Part shown: piece after piece, positions 34,419-39,127 of the stretch
Position numbering within the stretch: the stretch's first letter is position 1
Layout: each line of letters opens with the position of its first letter
NCBI GenBank assembly: GCA_046861385.1
Contig: JBHHTW010000020.1
Coordinates: 1-39,127, forward strand
From: Fidelibacterota bacterium
GTDB taxonomy: Bacteria > Fidelibacterota > Marinisomatia > Marinisomatales > TCS55
Length of the DNA: 39,127 nucleotides
Direction: 5' to 3'
Program-made: the position numbers and the translations under genes
The notes under the pieces: generated by a model
What the model was told of the DNA's origin: nothing
The model's database searches: none
The model's input: the letters and a program-made list of their open reading frames with translations, nothing else

Positions 34419-37163
34419 CTAAAATTCATATTTAATGCCAAGATAAACTCTTCTTGGGGTTGAGTACCAGTTGGGTCTATTTATCCATTGTGGAGTGGAT
34501 TCATCACCAAAACGTCCCAATGAATAATCAGCGCTTCCGGAGCTATCCCAGACATAATTTTGATTTTGATAATCAAAGACATTATAAATTTTTATAAATA
34601 GCTGGAAATGATAGTCATTAAACTTTAAAGACTTGTAGGCAGTGATATCTAAATTTTGACGTGTCGGTTTTCTACCGGAATTTTCCTCTGCAACCTGAAC
34701 CGTCGCGTTTACATCCGATGGAGTATAAGGATAACCACTTTCAATTTTACCGATAGAACTGATTTTCCAATTTCCAGGTTTTCCAATATTCAAAACAAAT
34801 CTAAACGCATGCGTCTGGTCCCAACTTAATGGAACAACTTTCCGAAGCGGTTCGGTAGATAATCGATAATCTGTTCTAGTAGAAGTTGGATCCGATTCAT
34901 TTCCTACAGCCACCATATATGTATAATCAATAGATCCTGATATAAAATGGGTAAATCGCTGATCAAATGATACAGTTACACCTTTTGTATTTCCCCAGTC
35001 CCTATTAATAAATAAAGCATAGGAATCAGAGCCACCCGGGAGAACATAAATTTTTTGACCTAATAGGTTTCTCATATCCCGATAAAACAATTTCAAATAA
35101 ATTGCAGAATTCAAAGTCAAAGCTTGTTCAACTCCCACTTCGTAGCTAATCGTTTTCTGTGGCTTTAAATCAGCATTACCAACATCTGTTTTAATGACAC
35201 CTTTCAAAATATTGAATTCTGCATTTTCAAATAAATACTTATAAGATGGCATTTGAAAGAAATGACCGTAGGAAAAGAATAATTTGCCTTCAGTTGTAAT
35301 GGGAAATGCCAGAGAAAATCGTGGACTTATTTGTGTTTTTGGAGTGGCATCTTTTACTTCGTCTTTTTGTGGATTATTCCAATCAAGAGCAACTTTACCA
35401 TCCGGATTATAATAGTCGTAACGAAGACCCACATTTAGAACCATGTCTGGTAATTCAATTTTATCCTGAATAAATGCAGATATTTCAACCGGTTTATTGT
35501 GGAATGAATTGGCATATAGATTGTCATCTTCGAATGCTGCATTTCCTGGTATCTCATCACCATTTGTATTTGTAGCATTATTCCAAACTCCATTGCCGTT
35601 AATATCATTAAATGGTTCACCTTCATCATAATTGCCATTTCTATTAATATCATCCCATGGTTCATCACGTAAGTCGACTGTTAAAGAATTTTTCTCTAAT
35701 TGAAAATCATGTTGCCTAACCTCGATTCCTGTTTTGAATTCATGGCTGTCACCGATCTGTGTTGTTAAATGCCCTTGAATCAAATTCGTTGTTGTTAATC
35801 GATCATATCTTGTATTATTGGTCCCGCCAGTATAGAATTCATAATTATCATCCTGTCTATAATAATCGGACGAAACATACCTTAAATCATCTATTTTTTT
35901 ATATGCATAATATTGATATCTATTTATTGCGTGTGAAAATCCAATAGAATAAAATGTTTTTATTCCTAATTGATGATTGAATATGAAAATGTGATTACTT
36001 GCAACCTTATTATTTTGAAGGTGCCCATCTTTAATAAATCGCCTTGAATGGCTGTAACTCTTCCAATAGTTATTCTCGTGTAATAACGTGTATTGGAACT
36101 TGATTGTTTTATTCAGATAATATGTCAGCTTACTTTGAAAGTTCAATTTATCATTTGGATTTAATGAAAAAACTCTCTGTTGGTCCTTAGTTTGTACCAG
36201 ACTCAATGTGTCTCCAAGTTCCATTGCGTTACGTCTTTGTTCAATTGAGTTATATTTAGTAACTCCAAAAAGAGTCCCACCCCGGTTAAAACCTCTTAAA
36301 GAAGTAAAAAATTTAATATTATTAAATATGGGGATTGGACCTGATAAAGATGCCTCCACTTCACGAATATTCTCTGGATCATAAGGAGCAATTTCTTTTT
36401 TAATCGTCTTATTTTCTTCTATTGAATAATTAGTGTACATGTCACCACCCATGATGGAAAGTGATCCTCTATACATATTACTGGGATCTTTTGTGACAAT
36501 ATTTACTACTCCAGACATCGCTTGTCCATACTCTGCGCTAAATGAGCCAGTTATTACAGATAGTTCCTGGATAGCATTTGTACTGATATCCACTCCTAAT
36601 CCCTGGTGAAAAGGATTTACATTGGGTATACCATCAATGAGATATGAAACTTCGCTGGAACGTCCACCTCTAAAATGTAATTCCCCTCCAGCATCAACAG
36701 TTACACCTGCTTTGGTCTGCACGATTGCCTGGAAAGATTCGATAGGAGAATTCTCTATCACATCAGCGCCAATGATCGCTGCGCTTGCTGTTGCATCTTT
36801 TTGTATCATGGAACGCGATGCTATTACAGTTACTTCTTCTTCAGATTCCAATACTTTTATAGATAATCGTGCATTGATTTCTGTTGAAAGGTCAGATTGA
36901 ATTATGACCTGCTCAATTATCATCGTGCTGTAACCAATCATCATGACTCTCACTGTATAGTCACCTGGAGGAACATTCAAAATATAATAGTTTCCATCAC
37001 CATCAGTTGCGGCACCTAACACGGTGTTTTCAATGATAATATTTGCACCTGGCAAGGGGGTTCCTTCTTCGTCGGTTACACGACCTTTAATTTTACCTGT
37101 TGTGCCAGCTATAATATATGTAACAATTAATGTTGTTGTTATTATGAGTTTTAATAACTTCAT
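34419..37163 (-). CDS. TonB-dependent receptor 3 with N-terminal carboxypeptidase-regulatory-like domain
   Basis: 'GTTGKIKGRVTD', 'HFRGGRSSEVSYLIDG', 'TGSFSAEYGQAMSGVVNIVTK', 'FIQDKIEL', 'SPRFSLAFPI' and C-terminal 'PRRVYLGIKYEF'. Confidence 0.93.
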   Translation of the reverse strand: MKLLKLIITTTLIVTYIIAGTTGKIKGRVTDEEGTPLPGANIIIENTVLGAATDGDGNYYILNVPPGDYTVRVMMIGYSTMIIEQVIIQSDLSTEINARLSIKVLESEEEVTVIASRSMIQKDATASAAIIGADVIENSPIESFQAIVQTKAGVTVDAGGELHFRGGRSSEVSYLIDGIPNVNPFHQGLGVDISTNAIQELSVITGSFSAEYGQAMSGVVNIVTKDPSNMYRGSLSIMGGDMYTNYSIEENKTIKKEIAPYDPENIREVEASLSGPIPIFNNIKFFTSLRGFNRGGTLFGVTKYNSIEQRRNAMELGDTLSLVQTKDQQRVFSLNPNDKLNFQSKLTYYLNKTIKFQYTLLHENNYWKSYSHSRRFIKDGHLQNNKVASNHIFIFNHQLGIKTFYSIGFSHAINRYQYYAYKKIDDLRYVSSDYYRQDDNYEFYTGGTNNTRYDRLTTTNLIQGHLTTQIGDSHEFKTGIEVRQHDFQLEKNSLTVDLRDEPWDDINRNGNYDEGEPFNDINGNGVWNNATNTNGDEIPGNAAFEDDNLYANSFHNKPVEISAFIQDKIELPDMVLNVGLRYDYYNPDGKVALDWNNPQKDEVKDATPKTQISPRFSLAFPITTEGKLFFSYGHFFQMPSYKYLFENAEFNILKGVIKTDVGNADLKPQKTISYEVGVEQALTLNSAIYLKLFYRDMRNLLGQKIYVLPGGSDSYALFINRDWGNTKGVTVSFDQRFTHFISGSIDYTYMVAVGNESDPTSTRTDYRLSTEPLRKVVPLSWDQTHAFRFVLNIGKPGNWKISSIGKIESGYPYTPSDVNATVQVAEENSGRKPTRQNLDITAYKSLKFNDYHFQLFIKIYNVFDYQNQNYVWDSSGSADYSLGRFGDESTPQWINRPNWYSTPRRVYLGIKYEF

Positions 37164-37207
37164 AGATTTATCTCACTGAATGAAAATTGAAGTTTTCGAA
37201 AGGAAAT

Positions 37208-37240
37208 AATACGCCCCTGCTTTTCTGGCAGGGGCGTATT
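37208..37240 (-). terminator. Strong intra-operon stem-loop (leaky terminator or mRNA stabiliser)
   Basis: Perfect 13-bp stem AATACGCCCCTGC / GCAGGGGCGTATT with a 7-nt loop, 11 nt after the stop of the FG-GAP gene. Only an interrupted U-tract (ATTTCCTTT) follows on the minus strand. Confidence 0.75.
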
Positions 37241-37251
37241 CATCATAAGAA

Positions 37252-38925
37252 CTATTTAAGGAATGTCATTTGTTTGGACAGAGTGATACCGTTTGCTTTC
37301 ATAGTGTAGAAATATACACCACTAGCAACAGTATTACCATGAGAGTCTAATCCATTCCATTTAACTGTATGACTACCAATTTCCATATAACCTGAGGCAA
37401 TCGTATTCACCATTCTACCATTTAAATCATAGATTGTGATATCAACTTCGCCGGCTCGACTCATTTCAAAATCAATATTCGTCGTTGGGTTGAATGGGTT
37501 CGGGTAATTCTGGGATAACTTATATTTATCAAGAATCTGTGCTCCAAAACCAGTAATTGCTAATACAGCATCATTGGATAGAATCGTTACATAATCTGAA
37601 GCAGTAGAATCACCATCTTCAAAAGCAATGCACAAGTCAGGATGACCATCACCATTCAAATCAGCTGTTGAACCACCATTATTTGCGGCCCCACCAAAGG
37701 ATACATAATAAGTACGACTTGCACCAGTTGTATCTTGCTGATAGACGTCAGATTTTACCCAGCTTGCGGAATCAGTTAAAGCATTGACACCATCCCATTC
37801 CCAACGATGTACACTGGAGAGATAATTATCACCACTAAAGACATCAACTAATCCATCATCATCAAAATCACCTGCGGCAAGACCACGAAAACTCGTTCCG
37901 GGTCCATCAATTTGATAAACATAACTGCTATCAAAAGTCATCGCATCCGTCACACCATCAATGATAACAAATTTCTTCTGACCATTACCAATGAATACTT
38001 CATCAGAACCATCGCCATCAGCATCCCAAGCAGATACTGAATGCAATCCACCTAACCAGTAGGGGGAACCTACAACAGTGTTCATATTATATGAATCAGC
38101 AGTGCCATCTCCTTCGAAGATGTAAGCTTTATCTCTACTGAACGATGAAAAGAATGCTTCATCTAATCCATCACCATCAAGATCTGATGTTGCTACTGTG
38201 TAAATGCTATTAACATTTGTTGTCGTATCAATTAATTCTTCAGTCCATTGTGTAAAACCACCGGCAAAGGCACCATTTAATGAGAAAATCATCATGGCAT
38301 CATTTGCTCCGGCATCACTGAACGCTCTGAAGGCAACAGCGACTTCGGTTTCTGAATCACCATCAAAATCACCTACAGACATACCAGATGGTCTTGTATT
38401 TGATCCTACGGATACACCAAAATTCCAAGTTGCTGTTGGAGTAGAAGGAAGAGTTGGCCCTTCAAAAACCATGAAACGAGCAGGGTTTGATCCATCCGGT
38501 GGATTACCGCTTCCATAAGGTATACCTACTATAATTTCAAGATTGCCATCTCCATCTAAATCAGCGACTGTATGCGTTGGAAAACTTGCGCCACCAGTAT
38601 ATAGTGTTGTATCCCAAAATGACCATGCTAAATCATAGCCACCTGAAGCATTTGCTTCATATAACCAAAGGGACATACCTGTTGGATATTCAGGTCCGCC
38701 TCCATTTGGGTTAGAGTGATCTGTTAAAACGAGGAATTCCAGATTTCCATCCTGATCAATATCCCAACCAGATGAAATTTCATCAGACACAACCACGTCA
38801 TAGGGTGACCCTTCATGAGTAGTAACAGTGAAACTGGATGACCAGCCCTCACCATATGAATCTTGTGCAAGCACAAATCCACTGATTAATATGAGAAACA
38901 TGAATATTGTAACAATTTTCTTCAT
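37252..38925 (-). CDS. Secreted FG-GAP/VCBS-repeat beta-propeller protein with a T9SS-type (FlgD-Ig-like) CTD
   Basis: Signal peptide; seven Ca-binding blade motifs (DIDQDGNLE, DLDGDGNLE, DFDGDSETE, DLDGDGLDE, DADGDGSDE, DFDDDGLVD, DLNGDGHPD); CTD 'LSQNYPNPFNPTT...VASGVYFYTM...KQMTFLK'. Confidence 0.9.
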   Translation of the reverse strand: MKKIVTIFMFLILISGFVLAQDSYGEGWSSSFTVTTHEGSPYDVVVSDEISSGWDIDQDGNLEFLVLTDHSNPNGGGPEYPTGMSLWLYEANASGGYDLAWSFWDTTLYTGGASFPTHTVADLDGDGNLEIIVGIPYGSGNPPDGSNPARFMVFEGPTLPSTPTATWNFGVSVGSNTRPSGMSVGDFDGDSETEVAVAFRAFSDAGANDAMMIFSLNGAFAGGFTQWTEELIDTTTNVNSIYTVATSDLDGDGLDEAFFSSFSRDKAYIFEGDGTADSYNMNTVVGSPYWLGGLHSVSAWDADGDGSDEVFIGNGQKKFVIIDGVTDAMTFDSSYVYQIDGPGTSFRGLAAGDFDDDGLVDVFSGDNYLSSVHRWEWDGVNALTDSASWVKSDVYQQDTTGASRTYYVSFGGAANNGGSTADLNGDGHPDLCIAFEDGDSTASDYVTILSNDAVLAITGFGAQILDKYKLSQNYPNPFNPTTNIDFEMSRAGEVDITIYDLNGRMVNTIASGYMEIGSHTVKWNGLDSHGNTVASGVYFYTMKANGITLSKQMTFLK

Positions 38926-38930
38926 AAAGT

Positions 38931-38936
38931 CTCCTT
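38931..38936 (-). promoter_or_regulatory. Shine-Dalgarno site (AAGGAG) of the FG-GAP gene, within an AT-rich promoter region extending to the window end
   Basis: CTCCTT on the + strand, 5 nt from the ATG at 38925. Confidence 0.75.
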
Positions 38937-39127
38937 TTATTGTTTTTATTGATTATAGATTGATTGATAAAATGATTATTATTTGTACTAATCATTCCAT
39001 TGTTAAGATTAAGATATTTCGCTCTTAATACATACATAATTATTTTAAAAAGAAATTATTACAAGTAAAACCCTTAATTTTACCAAATTAATTAGGTCAA
39101 TAATTCAGTCAATTTTCATTTTGAAAC

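Noticed and set aside
38968-38986. Fur-box-like sequence (AATGATTATTATT) upstream of cluster 2
   Set aside because: The core matches 12/13 but the full site only about 13/19, in a very AT-rich region where such matches arise by chance. No iron-related genes support it.
768-39037. Numerous short (60-142 aa) ORFs in the track that overlap long genes on the opposite strand or in another frame (for example 1047-1475, 23989-24330, 33748-34146, 28726-28935, 38828-39028)
   Set aside because: They are shadow ORFs of well-supported genes, with no recognisable motifs or ribosome-binding sites.
1-39127. CRISPR array, tRNA/rRNA, prophage, integron or anti-phage defence genes
   Set aside because: I saw no regularly spaced short repeats, structured RNA gene signatures, integrase or nuclease motifs.

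Overview
A low-GC (roughly 35-40% by eye), gene-dense bacterial chromosomal window with no rRNA, tRNA, CRISPR array, transposase or phage gene that I can see. Seven proteins carry T9SS/FlgD-Ig-like C-terminal sorting domains and two are PorV-like barrels, yet clear Shine-Dalgarno sites are used. That combination points (by inference) to a non-Bacteroidota FCB lineage such as Marinimicrobia, KSB1 or Calditrichota. Left (31-5425, minus strand): a cytoplasmic operon encoding M20 peptidase, cupin, cysteine desulfurase, FAH hydrolase, two YjbQ paralogs and a transglutaminase-like protein. Middle (5517-12213): a convergent pair of secreted putative peptidoglycan hydrolases (a GHL10/DigH-like glycosidase and an Amidase_3 amidase) that share a C-terminal binding module, plus a PD40 propeller gene coupled to the amidase. 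Right (12320-38925): two minus-strand uptake clusters with three TonB-dependent receptors. Each receptor is followed by a large uncharacterised partner bearing a variant 'VVPNPY' CTD, and each cluster has its own PorV-like barrel and a secreted beta-propeller. No SusD is recognisable. lysA and a MORN2 lipoprotein lie between the two clusters. The best candidate for a new system is a SusD-less TBDR + CTD-partner + PorV uptake module, possibly used to scavenge foreign peptidoglycan. One propeller gene contains a 957-bp perfect internal duplication.
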